NCBI GenBank assembly: GCA_964623085.1
Contig: CAZUTO010000006.1
Location: 16,556 to 79,825, forward strand
Direction of reading: 5' to 3'
DNA length: 63,270 bases
From: an uncultured Porticoccaceae bacterium
Lineage (GTDB): Bacteria > Pseudomonadota > Gammaproteobacteria > Pseudomonadales > GM7GCV1
Every line of letters begins with the position of its first letter. Position 1 is the first letter of the stretch. Made by a program: the position numbers and the translations under genes. Shown piece after piece: positions 20,423-30,810 of this stretch. A model generated the notes under the pieces. The model was not told where the DNA came from, made no database searches, and saw only the letters and a list, made by a program, of their open reading frames with translations.

Positions 20423-20985
20423 GCCGCCGGCCCTCTAGCCACCTCTTTGGTTTCCCAATCTATAATCTGCGATGCGCCTGATGCACCACCAAGCGAGCCC
20501 GGAACAATAACATCAACCAAATCGCCAAAATAATGCCGTACCTGTTCAGCTGAAGATGCAGGCTCCATACTTGATGGATTAGCAGATGTTGAAACAATCG
20601 GCATACCCACCTTAGCGCAAATAGCCATAATTAGTGGATGCTGGCTAACTCGAATCGCCACCTTCTCGCGGCCCCCACTTACCCACTCTGGTGTTAGTCC
20701 GCCATGCCGAACCAACCAAGTGGTCGGCTCCGGCATAGCTGGGAAGTCAGGGATCTCGACCAGACATTGTTGAAACTGATCTCGGGAACCAGCAACCAGA
20801 ATCAAACCTTTGGATGCCGGTCGCTGCTTAAGCTGCAAAACTCGATTAACTGCAACCTCGTCCATGGGATTGCAGCCAAGACCCCAAACACCCTCTGTAG
20901 GGTAGGCAATCACACCGCCCGAAAGAACGGCATCCGCAACCAAATCTAACTGCAACGATTGCTCATACAATTGCTTCGCAACCAT
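20419..20985 (-). CDS. tsaC: Threonylcarbamoyl-AMP synthase (YrdC)
   Basis: [13 protein letters not shown]...KGLIL and STSAN motifs. Confidence 0.93.
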   Translation of the reverse strand: MVAKQLYEQSLQLDLVADAVLSGGVIAYPTEGVWGLGCNPMDEVAVNRVLQLKQRPASKGLILVAGSRDQFQQCLVEIPDFPAMPEPTTWLVRHGGLTPEWVSGGREKVAIRVSQHPLIMAICAKVGMPIVSTSANPSSMEPASSAEQVRHYFGDLVDVIVPGSLGGASGASQIIDWETKEVARGPAA

Positions 20986-21018
20986 GGACCAAGATGGGCC
21001 AATTATCCACGATAAACG

Positions 21019-21519
21019 TTATTTAAAACGTTCTTGTAGTGCCGCATCTTTTGCAATCACCGCTTCAGCATTGGCTTTGCGATCATCAGCCAGATTTTGG
21101 GCCAAACCAGCATCAGCGGTTGCCAGTATTTGGGCAGCCAGATAAGCCGCATTCTTTGCACCTGCTTTTCCGATAGCAAGAGTACCTACTGGGATACCAC
21201 CCGGCATCTGAACCGTTGAAAGTAGCGCATCTAGGCCATCAAGCGATGCATTAATTGGCACACCTAGCACTGGTTTGACGGTTGCTGCTGCTACTGCGCC
21301 AGCCAAATGTGCGGCCATACCGGCAGCGCAAATAAAGACACCGCACCCACGAACGTCCGCGTCTTTTACATAGCTATGCGTCGCCTCTGGTGTGCGATGC
21401 GCAGAAGTCACTTTAACTTCAAAAGAAACGCCCAACTTAGTAAGTGTATCTAGCGCAGCCTCCATAGTTGGAAGGTCTGAATCTGATCCCATCAATACGG
21501 CGACAAAAGTACTGGCCAT
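21019..21519 (-). CDS. purE: N5-CAIR mutase / AIR carboxylase PurE
   Basis: MGSDSD, SAHRTP, AAG.AAHL and STVQMP.GIPV motifs. Confidence 0.97.
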   Translation of the reverse strand: MASTFVAVLMGSDSDLPTMEAALDTLTKLGVSFEVKVTSAHRTPEATHSYVKDADVRGCGVFICAAGMAAHLAGAVAAATVKPVLGVPINASLDGLDALLSTVQMPGGIPVGTLAIGKAGAKNAAYLAAQILATADAGLAQNLADDRKANAEAVIAKDAALQERFK

Positions 21520-21618
21520 CTTTTCCTCTCTGACTAAATAGTTTTAACATGCTGGTAAAAATTGAGCGAAGCAAAGTACAACAGCTTTCATCATAAAACA
21601 ATAATGCCGACATACCAT

Positions 21619-22725
21619 TCAGGTAACCCGCTGATAACCGCAGGGGCTTGCAGAAAGAGTACCGCTCAGTTCAAAGCGGGCAATCGCTGCCGCTACTTCT
21701 TGTGTGGACTGATCACACCGATCACATATTTCCTCCATAGAAAGACATTCCTGCCCCAGCGCCAGCAATAGCCAATGTTCATTGTCTGCTTCGGCACCTT
21801 CGCGACCCGGAAGACCCTCTTGGTCATATTCAAGAACAACATCTAACATCGCACCAATGTCCTCGATTATTTGCGCTGGACTTGTCACTAAGGTCGCGCC
21901 TTCTCGAATGAGGCTGTGGCAACCGACAGACATAGGACTGTTAAGGCTGCCCGGAATAACAAATACCTCTCTTCCCTGTTCTGCCGCTAACCGCGCGCTC
22001 ACCAAGGTGCCGCTCCTTTCCGCGGCTTCAACAACTAAGGTCGCCATACTAAGGCCAGTAATAATGCGGTTCCTTTTAGGGAAATTCGCGCCTCTAGGGG
22101 GGGTGCCCAAAAGATACTCTGAGACCAAAGTACCTCCGGAGTTTAAAATTTGATCATACATGCCAGTATTGGCGCGTGGATAACGGCGATCAATGCCTGT
22201 TCCCAGTACCGCGACGGTTGCAGCACCGCTATCTAAAGCGCCCATATGCGCACAACTATCAATCCCAAGCGCTAAGCCGCTGGTGAGACCGAGCCCAGCA
22301 CAACCCAACGCCAATGCAAACTGCCTAGCTAAACTACCGCCCAAAGGAGTCATTTTTCTACTGCCTACTATGGCGATCTGCGGCATTTTCAAATTGGCCA
22401 CATTACCTTGAACATATAGTAACGCGGGAGGATCAGGGATTTCTTTAAGCAATGGCGGGTAGGCTTCATCCGTCAGTGCCAGAAAGGCTATACCAGACTC
22501 TTCTAGCAAGCGTTTGCTAGCCAAAAACGGATTGGATTCTAGTGAAACCGCTTTTTCCCAGCGCAATAGTTTGGCAATGTCCTTCTCCCGAAAGAATCGC
22601 GCTAAAGTATCGCTATCTGCAGTAAGTAATGCTGCTGAGGCGCCGAAATGCTCAAGCGCTCGGGCGAGTCGGTTGTTAGGCAGGCATAGCTGGTGACACA
22701 CCAGCCTCGCAGAAAGTTCGTCCAT
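21619..22725 (-). CDS. dprA: DNA-processing protein DprA
   Basis: YP.LL.EI.DPP, AIVGSR, SGLALGID, FPKRNRII and A.EQGREVF motifs; C-terminal winged helix. Confidence 0.96.
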   Translation of the reverse strand: MDELSARLVCHQLCLPNNRLARALEHFGASAALLTADSDTLARFFREKDIAKLLRWEKAVSLESNPFLASKRLLEESGIAFLALTDEAYPPLLKEIPDPPALLYVQGNVANLKMPQIAIVGSRKMTPLGGSLARQFALALGCAGLGLTSGLALGIDSCAHMGALDSGAATVAVLGTGIDRRYPRANTGMYDQILNSGGTLVSEYLLGTPPRGANFPKRNRIITGLSMATLVVEAAERSGTLVSARLAAEQGREVFVIPGSLNSPMSVGCHSLIREGATLVTSPAQIIEDIGAMLDVVLEYDQEGLPGREGAEADNEHWLLLALGQECLSMEEICDRCDQSTQEVAAAIARFELSGTLSASPCGYQRVT

Positions 22726-22842
22726 GAAATTTCTCAGATGTATTTACGTAGTGCTTATTCTAGCGCATGTGTCTGACAGAGGTGAAACAAAGGGTTCTAT
22801 TAATATTGGTGTCGACTATTCAAGGCCGCATATACAGATCAT

Positions 22843-22870
22843 AAAAAAACCGCTTCTTGTTAGGAAGCGG
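22843..22870 (-). terminator. Rho-independent terminator after the LysM/tsaP gene
   Basis: Minus strand CCGCTTCC-TAACAA-GAAGCGG followed by T7. Confidence 0.8.
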
Positions 22871-22929
22871 CTTAGTGTTAACTGCTGTCAAATCCACAAT
22901 GGACTTTATACCAATGCTTTTAATCAGGA

Positions 22930-23946
22930 TTAGAACTCGTCACTAACTGAATCCCCTACTGATAGTGGACGCAACGATTCAAGGATTAATCCAAACGACA
23001 TACGCTCTTCCGTCTTGATTATCATAAGCAAACCAGCTTGCTCTGGTGGCAACTCCACTTTATCGCCAGCGATTCGATCTCGGACTACTTCACCCTTCTG
23101 CAGTATTCCAAGAAGGTGGCCGACACTCAAACCCTGCTCGTAACCCCGATTAATGGCGACAACATCGAACTGACCTGCATTTTGAACACCATCCTCGACG
23201 TAAATAATGCGTCCATCAATTTCCATCGTAGGAATCGTGGGAAATATTTCTGGATCCAGTGCTTCTTGAGACAAAGGCAAAAAGAGGTCACCGACGGAAA
23301 TTTCCCTATAGCTTTCTTCAAGGCCCAGCGCAGTTATTTCACCATTGGTAGACTGGTACCTCGCCAAACCTTTTGCGTCCGCTCTAACACCTAAAACTTC
23401 TTCAGTTTCAGGATCAATATATTTATCACCAAGCTGGTAGATCTGGTACATCCTGACATTGTCTTGGAATGTCCCGCGGGCATAAACGGTATCTCCGGCG
23501 GTAACCAATAGTCGCGCCTCTGAACCCGATACCATGTAGGGAGCATCATCAAGCTCACCCTGAGAAACAACACGCGTGCGTGAGAAGAATGAATCAATGT
23601 CATCCAACGGAATAGCACTAATTGCGTCTTGGTGAGAAAGAGATCGAACAGCTGGCCCAAGTTTTACTACACCGCGGTCTACAACAATTTGCGGCCGACC
23701 ATCGACATATACCAGGCGCAATCGGTCTCCTGGATATATCAAATGAGGGTTAGCAACTTGCTCATTTACATGCCAAATTTCCGGCCACAACCAAGGATCC
23801 GTTAAAAACCTTCCAGAAATATCCCAAAGGGTATCCCCGCGCTGAACAACATATTCGTCAGGGTGATCAGTGCGCAGTTCCTGTGCCTGAAGCCCCACCG
23901 CCGCTATAGTAAGCAGGACGGCTGTAAGTCTGATGACTAGTTTCAT
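22930..23946 (-). CDS. tsaP: LysM protein, TsaP-like (type IV pilus secretin-associated protein)
   Basis: Signal peptide, YVVQRGDTLWDIS..FL..PWLWPEIW..N..VANPHLIYPGD; conserved position between def and dprA. Confidence 0.75.
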   Translation of the reverse strand: MKLVIRLTAVLLTIAAVGLQAQELRTDHPDEYVVQRGDTLWDISGRFLTDPWLWPEIWHVNEQVANPHLIYPGDRLRLVYVDGRPQIVVDRGVVKLGPAVRSLSHQDAISAIPLDDIDSFFSRTRVVSQGELDDAPYMVSGSEARLLVTAGDTVYARGTFQDNVRMYQIYQLGDKYIDPETEEVLGVRADAKGLARYQSTNGEITALGLEESYREISVGDLFLPLSQEALDPEIFPTIPTMEIDGRIIYVEDGVQNAGQFDVVAINRGYEQGLSVGHLLGILQKGEVVRDRIAGDKVELPPEQAGLLMIIKTEERMSFGLILESLRPLSVGDSVSDEF

Positions 23947-24074
23947 GGTCAATTCCCAGTAATACCCCAAAAATTAGCGTTGCGTTATAATAAGGCGGTT
24001 TGTATGTCTAACCGAGTGTTTTTCGCCTCTACTTTTCAGTAACCGTACACTCTTCACATTTTTTATTGATAATC

Positions 24075-24581
24075 ATGGCTTTATTACCCATTCTCGAGTT
24101 CCCAGACCCCCGTTTACGCTCTGTCGCTAAATCTGTCTCGGTGGTGGATGACCGTATCAAAAAGCTGTCTGAAGACATGCTCGAGACGATGTATGCTGCT
24201 CCGGGTATTGGTTTAGCAGCAACCCAAGTGAATGTTCAGGAGCGTCTTCTAGTTATCGATGTAAGTGAAGACCAATCCGAACCCTGGGTGTTTATCAATC
24301 CCGAAATCGAAGTCATTGATGAGGATATGGAGTCTTTTGACGAGGGCTGCTTATCTGTTCCCGGCTTCTTCGAGACTGTCGAACGCCCTGCTCATGTGCG
24401 CGTTAATGCTCTAGATAAAAACGGCCAACCCTTTTCCATTGAGCCAGAAGGTTTACTGGCTGTTTGTATTCAACATGAGATCGATCATCTGGATGGCAAA
24501 CTCTTTGTAGACTATATCTCTTCGGTCAAGCGTCAGCGTATTCGCGCCAAGCTTGAAAAACAAAAAAAGCAGCAGGCATAG
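24075..24581 (+). CDS. def: Peptide deformylase
   Basis: [13 protein letters not shown] and QHEIDHL motifs. Confidence 0.98.
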   Translation: MALLPILEFPDPRLRSVAKSVSVVDDRIKKLSEDMLETMYAAPGIGLAATQVNVQERLLVIDVSEDQSEPWVFINPEIEVIDEDMESFDEGCLSVPGFFETVERPAHVRVNALDKNGQPFSIEPEGLLAVCIQHEIDHLDGKLFVDYISSVKRQRIRAKLEKQKKQQA

Positions 24582-24586
24582 ACTAG

Positions 24587-25546
24587 GTGGCATCAACCTC
24601 TCCACTTCGGGTGTTGTTCGCTGGAACCCCCGATTTTTCAGCGCATTTTTTAAAATTTTTACTAGAGAGCACATCAGACGACGTGATTGCTGTCTACACG
24701 CAGCCTGATAGGCCTGCTGGCCGCGGTAAAAAAATACTAGCTAGCCCCGTGAAGCAGCTGGCCCAAGAAAAACAGATTTCTGTGTTCCAGCCAGAGACTT
24801 TAAAAAAAGCTGACGCACAGCAACAAATTCAAGAATTACAGCCAGATATCATGCTCGTCGTTGCCTACGGCCTCATTCTTCCACAAGCCGTGTTGGATAT
24901 ACCCAGATATGGGTGCATCAATATTCATGCATCGTTACTACCTCGTTGGCGCGGTGCGGCGCCCATCCAACGAGCCATAGAAGCAGGGGACACAGAAACC
25001 GGCGTAACTATCATGCAAATGGATAAGGGATTAGACACCGGCAATATGCTCGCAAAGGCTAAATGCAGCATAACTGCATCGGATACCGCCGGCAGTCTCC
25101 ACGACAAGCTATTAGCCACCGGAGAAGTCGCTCTGGTTCAAACATTAGAAAAGATTCGCTCTGGCACAACGATACCAGAGCCACAAAATGACAAACTAAG
25201 CACCTATGCGCCAAAGATCAGCAAGCAAGAAGCGCGTATTGACTGGAGCTTAGATGCCGCAACAATCGACCGAAAAGTACGCGCATTCAACCCTTTTCCT
25301 ATTACCCATACTGAAATTAATGGCCGCAGTGTTCGCATTCATGGAGTCGATACTCCCGAAGAAATCAATCAACAAACCACGCCAGGGATTATCCTTGCTG
25401 CCAACGATCAAGGTATAGATGTCGGCACCGGCAAAGGGGTCATACGTATTAAAACACTGCAGTTGCCTGGCAAACGTGCGCTATCCGCTGCTGAAGTGTT
25501 ACGCGGAAATCAATCCGCTTTTTCTCCAGGGGAACAGTTTGAGTAA
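24587..25546 (+). CDS. fmt: Methionyl-tRNA formyltransferase
   Basis: FAGTPDF, TQPDRPAGRG and NIHASLLPRWRGAAPI motifs. Confidence 0.98.
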   Translation: MASTSPLRVLFAGTPDFSAHFLKFLLESTSDDVIAVYTQPDRPAGRGKKILASPVKQLAQEKQISVFQPETLKKADAQQQIQELQPDIMLVVAYGLILPQAVLDIPRYGCINIHASLLPRWRGAAPIQRAIEAGDTETGVTIMQMDKGLDTGNMLAKAKCSITASDTAGSLHDKLLATGEVALVQTLEKIRSGTTIPEPQNDKLSTYAPKISKQEARIDWSLDAATIDRKVRAFNPFPITHTEINGRSVRIHGVDTPEEINQQTTPGIILAANDQGIDVGTGKGVIRIKTLQLPGKRALSAAEVLRGNQSAFSPGEQFE

Positions 25547-26816
25547 CGCTCGTGCGCAGGCCGCTAGCCTTTTGGCGCCTATTCTGAACGAGAAACAATC
25601 CTTGAAAATCACGCAGGGAACAGAACACAGCGCGCTATTGCGAGAACTTTGCTACGGGAGCTTGCGGCTCTATCCGCGCCTAAACCTGATTTTGGATGAG
25701 TTAGTCTCAAAACCGCTCAAACCCAAAGACAGCGATATTCAAGCTCTCCTTGTTCTCGGCCTCTACCAGCTTTTCCATATGCGTATTCCCGACCACGCTG
25801 TTTTAGACGAAACGGTCAAGGCCGCGTCCACGCTCAACAAAAAGTGGGCAAAAGGTCTGATCAATGGTGTATTAAGAACTGCTCTTCGCCAACGCAATGA
25901 CATTGAATCCAAGCTTAGCGGTGAAATTGAATATCAAACCACTCACCCGGCCTGGCTAGCCATTCAGATACGCGCCGCTTGGCCCGACCAAGCCGAGAAA
26001 ATTTTCGCGGCAGGTAATGAGCGGCCACCTATGACCATTCGCGTCAACCAACAGCTGAACTCCGTCGCCAGCTATATTTCAAAGTTAGAAGCAGCGGATA
26101 TTCCAGCGTCTGCGTTAGATTCGTCGAATAGTGCTATAAAAATAGACCCGCCCGTCGCCGTATCTCTGTTGCCCGGCTTCGACGCTGGCAGTTGCTCTGT
26201 GCAAGACGAAGCTGCGCAGTGGGCGACAGAATTTTTCCCTATGGAAACAAAGCATCGGGTGCTTGATGCCTGTGCCGCACCTGGTGGGAAAACCTGTCAT
26301 CTGCTAGAAACAGCGCCAGACATTGCTTTAACCGCTATTGATGTAGACGAAAAACGAACTGAGTTAGTGCAGGAAAACCTGTCGCGACTAAGTTTGAATG
26401 CCGAGGTAGTAACTGCTGATGCAGCCGATACAGATAGCTGGTGGGACGGAAAATCATTTCACCGAATCCTCATCGACGCGCCTTGTTCAGGCACAGGGGT
26501 AATAAGACGGCACCCAGACATAAAGATACTGCGGCGGCCGACAGACATACAAAGCTTTTGCGACCAACAACGTCGATTATTGAAATCACTCTGGCCATTG
26601 CTCGATCAGGATGGCTTGCTGCTTTACGTGACCTGCTCAATAATGCCAGATGAAAACGAAGAGCAGATATTGGCGTTTCTGAATGACACACCAAATGCTG
26701 TTTTAGAACCATTGGATCGCCCGGGATGCCTCTCTTTAACAGCTGGCTTACAAAGCTTACCCAGCATAGACGGCGCCGACGGATTTTACTTCGCACTACT
26801 AAGAAAGTCGCAATGA
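25539..26816 (+). CDS. rsmB: 16S rRNA m5C967 methyltransferase
   Basis: NusB-like N-terminus, VQDEAAQ, DACAAPGGKT, DAPCSGTG and YVTCS; likely TTG start overlapping the fmt end. Confidence 0.96.
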   Translation: MSNARAQAASLLAPILNEKQSLKITQGTEHSALLRELCYGSLRLYPRLNLILDELVSKPLKPKDSDIQALLVLGLYQLFHMRIPDHAVLDETVKAASTLNKKWAKGLINGVLRTALRQRNDIESKLSGEIEYQTTHPAWLAIQIRAAWPDQAEKIFAAGNERPPMTIRVNQQLNSVASYISKLEAADIPASALDSSNSAIKIDPPVAVSLLPGFDAGSCSVQDEAAQWATEFFPMETKHRVLDACAAPGGKTCHLLETAPDIALTAIDVDEKRTELVQENLSRLSLNAEVVTADAADTDSWWDGKSFHRILIDAPCSGTGVIRRHPDIKILRRPTDIQSFCDQQRRLLKSLWPLLDQDGLLLYVTCSIMPDENEEQILAFLNDTPNAVLEPLDRPGCLSLTAGLQSLPSIDGADGFYFALLRKSQ

Positions 26817-26869
26817 CCCTGTATGATGCAACCGCTAAAGAAGCTGACTAACAGCACAGAGAACAGACC

Positions 26870-28267
26870 ATGAAAATAGTGATCATTGGCGCCGGGCAAG
26901 TCGGAGGCACGCTAGCTGAAAACCTTGCTAGTGAAGCGAACGACGTTACGCTAATTGATACTAACGAAGCCACCTTACAAGAACTTCGAGACCGCTTAGA
27001 TATTCGCACTGTGCTCGGTCGCGGTTCCCACCCAGAAATTCTCGAACAAGCAGGCATTGAAGACGCAGATATGCTGGTTGCGGTCACCACACACGATGAA
27101 GTGAATATGATCGCCTGCCAGATTGCCCACTCTCTGTTTAACACACCGCACAAAATCGCACGTATTCGGTCCGAGGGCTACACAAAAGCGGCCGTCTCCG
27201 CTCGGCTGTTCGGTGCTCAAAACTTGCCGGTTGATGCTGTTATCACTCCAGAGATCCTCGTCACCGAGCACCTTCAAAGGCTTATCAATCAACCGGGAGC
27301 TCTCCAAGTTGTCGACTTTGCCGATGGCAACGTACAACTCGTTGGCGTACGTGCCACAAAGGGCGCGCCCATGATTGGCCAAGATATCCAAGCCCTTAAA
27401 GATGTGATCCCTGAAATATCTATCGAGATCCCAGCTGTTTACAGAAAATTACAACCCATTGTCCCCAGCGGCTCAGAAGTGATTCAGGAGGGCGATGAGG
27501 TCTTTTTCCTTGCGGCGCGAGAACACATTAGACCAACAATGAACACGCTAACTTCTCGCGAGAAGTCTTACCAAAAGATTGTTATCGCAGGTGGCGGAAA
27601 TATAGGTTATCGGTTTGCAGAAGCAATCGAAAACCAATTTCAAACTAAGATCATAGAGCTTAGCCATGAGCGCTGCGAATTTTTGGCAGAAAACCTAAAT
27701 CGCAGTATCGTGCTAAATGGCAGCTCTTCTGATCAAGACCTTCTCACCGAGGAAGGCATTGATTCGACCGATGTTTTCCTGGCGCTGACCAACAACGATG
27801 CTGCGAATATTGTTTCTTCTATACTCGCCAAAAAGCTCGGTGCGGGGAAAGTGGTCACGCTGATTAACAATGCTGTCTACGTGGATTTGATGCAAAGCTC
27901 GGAGTTGGATATTGCTGTATCGCCCTCACAAATCACTGCAAGCAAACTACTGACTTATGTTCGTCGTGGCGACACCGTGCGAGTGCACTCGTTACGCCGC
28001 GGCGCTGCAGAAGCCATGGAGATTGTCGCCCACGGAGACAGCAAAAGCTCAAAAGTTGTGGGTAGAGCCGTCGGCGAGTTGCCGCTTCCCGAGGGGGCAA
28101 CTATCGGTGCAATCGTTAGAGGTGGGGACGAAAAAACCACGGAGGTCTTAATCGGAGACAGCAACCTGATAATAGAAGACCAAGATCACGTCATTATTTT
28201 TCTAACCAACAAAAGCCACACCAGAAAAGTCGAGAAGCTTTTCCAAGTCGGCATCGCTTTCTTCTAA
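26870..28267 (+). CDS. trkA: Trk K+ uptake NAD-binding subunit
   Basis: Two RCK domains (GAGQVG, GGGNIG), SLRRGAAEA.E. Confidence 0.97.
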   Translation: MKIVIIGAGQVGGTLAENLASEANDVTLIDTNEATLQELRDRLDIRTVLGRGSHPEILEQAGIEDADMLVAVTTHDEVNMIACQIAHSLFNTPHKIARIRSEGYTKAAVSARLFGAQNLPVDAVITPEILVTEHLQRLINQPGALQVVDFADGNVQLVGVRATKGAPMIGQDIQALKDVIPEISIEIPAVYRKLQPIVPSGSEVIQEGDEVFFLAAREHIRPTMNTLTSREKSYQKIVIAGGGNIGYRFAEAIENQFQTKIIELSHERCEFLAENLNRSIVLNGSSSDQDLLTEEGIDSTDVFLALTNNDAANIVSSILAKKLGAGKVVTLINNAVYVDLMQSSELDIAVSPSQITASKLLTYVRRGDTVRVHSLRRGAAEAMEIVAHGDSKSSKVVGRAVGELPLPEGATIGAIVRGGDEKTTEVLIGDSNLIIEDQDHVIIFLTNKSHTRKVEKLFQVGIAFF

Positions 28268-28282
28268 GGCCACGCAACCAGA

Positions 28283-29752
28283 ATGCTTCGCTACGGCGTC
28301 ATATTTAGAATTCTCGGCATTTTATTAATGCTGTTCAGCTCTTCCTATATTGCACCATTTATTGTCTCGCTTATCTATCAAGATCAAACAGCAAACGCTT
28401 ACATATACTCACTGTTGATCACCGCGAGCCTAGGGCTGCTGATATGGCTGCCCTGCTCCAAAAATCGAAATGAATTACGCGCTCGGGACGGGTTTATGAT
28501 CACCGTGCTGTTCTGGCTGGTTCTGGGTCTATTTGGCTCTCTTCCACTACTACTTGTGGATAATCCAAATCTCAGCATAACAGACGCCGTATTCGAATCG
28601 ATATCTGGACTAACCACCACCGGGGCAACGGTTATTACCGGTCTAGATAACCTGCCCAAATCCATTCTTTTCTACCGACAGCAACTCCAATGGCTCGGCG
28701 GAATTGGTCTTGTCGTGATCGCCGTCGCCATATTGCCGATGCTCGGCGTCGGCGGCATGCAACTCTATCGAGCGGAAACTCCTGGGCCAGTCAAAGATAG
28801 CAAGCTTACGCCTCGTATTGCCTCTACCGCCAAGGCGCTATTCTTCATTTATCTAGGGCTTACACTAGTATGTGCACTTAGCTATCGCTTGGCGGGCATG
28901 GGCTGGTTCGACGCAGTCGCCCATAGCTTTTCCACTGTTTCAATCGGCGGCTTCTCAACCCACGATGCCAGCATGGGCTATTTTTTCGATCAGCCGGGGA
29001 TGAACGGTGACGTGCTTATCGGCATCTGCATGGTATTCATGGTGGTTGCCGGTTTAAACTTTGCTCTCCACTACCATGCACTAGCAAAACAGCGGCTCGG
29101 CCATTACTTTCAAGATGTTGAGGCTAGAACCTACTTGCTCATGCTAATCGGCAGCATGTTGTTTGTGTGCTCTATGCTAATGATTTTTGGCATCTATGAC
29201 CGAAGCGACAGTGTTCGGCACGGCTTCTTCCAAGCGATTGCTATTATGACCACCGCCGGGTTTACCACCACCGCATTCTCGAACTGGCCAGAATTCATCG
29301 CCTTTTTTATGTTGTTTCTCGCATTTTTTGGTGGCTGCGCGGGATCAACCGGCGGCGGAATCAAAATTGGTCGTATGATTATCTTGGCCAAACAAACGCT
29401 GCGCGAGATTGCACGGCTGATTCACCCTGACGCAGTGGTACCCATCAAGGTTGGCGATAAACCGGTGCATCCAAGAGTGGCCGACGCCATTTGGGGATTT
29501 TTTGGTGCTTACTTAATCGTATTTTATGCGATGGTGATGGCACTGCTTGCGACAGGGCTGGACTTCGTAACGGCATGGTCTGCCGTCGCTGCTACACTCA
29601 ACAATCTTGGTCCCGGCTTAGGTGATGTGGCCGCTCACTACGGCGATATCGGTGGGCTGGCCAAATGGGTTTTATGCGCCTGTATGATTCTCGGACGGCT
29701 TGAGCTGTTTACACTGATTGTTCTTTTTGTGCCTATGTATTGGAGAACCTAG
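28283..29752 (+). CDS. trkH: Trk K+ uptake permease
   Basis: FESISGLTTTG, QWLGG.G, GGCAGSTGGGIK and NNLGPG motifs. Confidence 0.97.
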   Translation: MLRYGVIFRILGILLMLFSSSYIAPFIVSLIYQDQTANAYIYSLLITASLGLLIWLPCSKNRNELRARDGFMITVLFWLVLGLFGSLPLLLVDNPNLSITDAVFESISGLTTTGATVITGLDNLPKSILFYRQQLQWLGGIGLVVIAVAILPMLGVGGMQLYRAETPGPVKDSKLTPRIASTAKALFFIYLGLTLVCALSYRLAGMGWFDAVAHSFSTVSIGGFSTHDASMGYFFDQPGMNGDVLIGICMVFMVVAGLNFALHYHALAKQRLGHYFQDVEARTYLLMLIGSMLFVCSMLMIFGIYDRSDSVRHGFFQAIAIMTTAGFTTTAFSNWPEFIAFFMLFLAFFGGCAGSTGGGIKIGRMIILAKQTLREIARLIHPDAVVPIKVGDKPVHPRVADAIWGFFGAYLIVFYAMVMALLATGLDFVTAWSAVAATLNNLGPGLGDVAAHYGDIGGLAKWVLCACMILGRLELFTLIVLFVPMYWRT

Positions 29753-29797
29753 CTAAGCTAGATTTAGCCTTTATAGGCGTTGCATCAAGCTCTCCAA

Positions 29798-30670
29798 TCA
29801 ATATCCGGCATACAGGTTTCTTCCATCAGATTGCCGCTTGTAGCGCTTGTACTCCCAACTGTATTGCGTCGGTGCTTTTTCTATGAGCTTTTCGATAGAC
29901 TGATTAAGAGCAAAAACAGCTTTTTGCTCATCTTCCGCATAAATATCGGGGTCGGGCTCCATGTAACCCAAATCAAACCCACCTTTGGTTCGAATTGCAT
30001 AGGCTACCAAAACAACTGGGTTTGTTTTTTGAACCAGCTTTTGAATCAATGTCATGGTGTACGCTGGCGTACCGTAGAACGGCGCGAAGATGCCAGCGCC
30101 TTCAACGGGGACCTGATCTGGAAGAATAAACGTCATCTCACCGCGCTTGAGCGCCTTCATCACACTCAAGACCCCTTTCACATTTGCCGGAACCATGTCC
30201 GCAACAAACCGACCCGATCGCATGATTGCATCCAGCTCTGGAATTTTCGGCGGCGCGTACATTGCCGTTGTCTTCATAAAAGACCCTACCCGCAACCCAA
30301 TCATTTCCCAGTTACCAAAGTGGGGCACGAGAAAAAGCACCCCTCGTCCCGACTCACGTGCGGCTATATACAATTCTTCATTGGTGATACTGAGTGTTTT
30401 TTCTTGTCGCCAAATATCGTCTCTATACCAAACCGCCGGCACTTCAAAAAGTGTTTGTGCACTATGGGAAAGGCTGTCGCGCGCCATCTTCTTTCGCTCA
30501 GATAACGACAACGCCGGAAAAGCAATTTCTAGGTTCTTCAATGTAACTTGCCGGCTTCTCGCCGAAAAAAGCCATGCAAGACGGCCAGTAAAGATTCCGA
30601 GCGCTCGACTCACCGATAAAGGAAGCGAGCAAAGAAAGTGCACCAAGATAACAAGCAATTTTGCGCGCAT
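29798..30670 (-). CDS. Lipid A lauroyl/myristoyl acyltransferase family (LpxL/HtrB)
   Basis: PHFGNWE, LPDQ.P, APFYG and P.QY.W.YKR motifs. Confidence 0.88.
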   Translation of the reverse strand: MRAKLLVILVHFLCSLPLSVSRALGIFTGRLAWLFSARSRQVTLKNLEIAFPALSLSERKKMARDSLSHSAQTLFEVPAVWYRDDIWRQEKTLSITNEELYIAARESGRGVLFLVPHFGNWEMIGLRVGSFMKTTAMYAPPKIPELDAIMRSGRFVADMVPANVKGVLSVMKALKRGEMTFILPDQVPVEGAGIFAPFYGTPAYTMTLIQKLVQKTNPVVLVAYAIRTKGGFDLGYMEPDPDIYAEDEQKAVFALNQSIEKLIEKAPTQYSWEYKRYKRQSDGRNLYAGY

Positions 30671-30810
30671 GGGACAGCAGCATTCAAAGTTTTATGGATT
30701 ATACCGTTTCAGACAAGAAGACTTATACCAAAACGTCCTAACGGCTATAATCTCCGGCCTCGACCAGACCAGCTGGCCCGTTGCACCATTCTTTTGGCAT
30801 CGTGAATACT

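Noticed and set aside
21003-21011. Isolated near-DnaA box TTATCCACG between purE and tsaC
   Set aside because: A single one-mismatch 9-mer is expected by chance.
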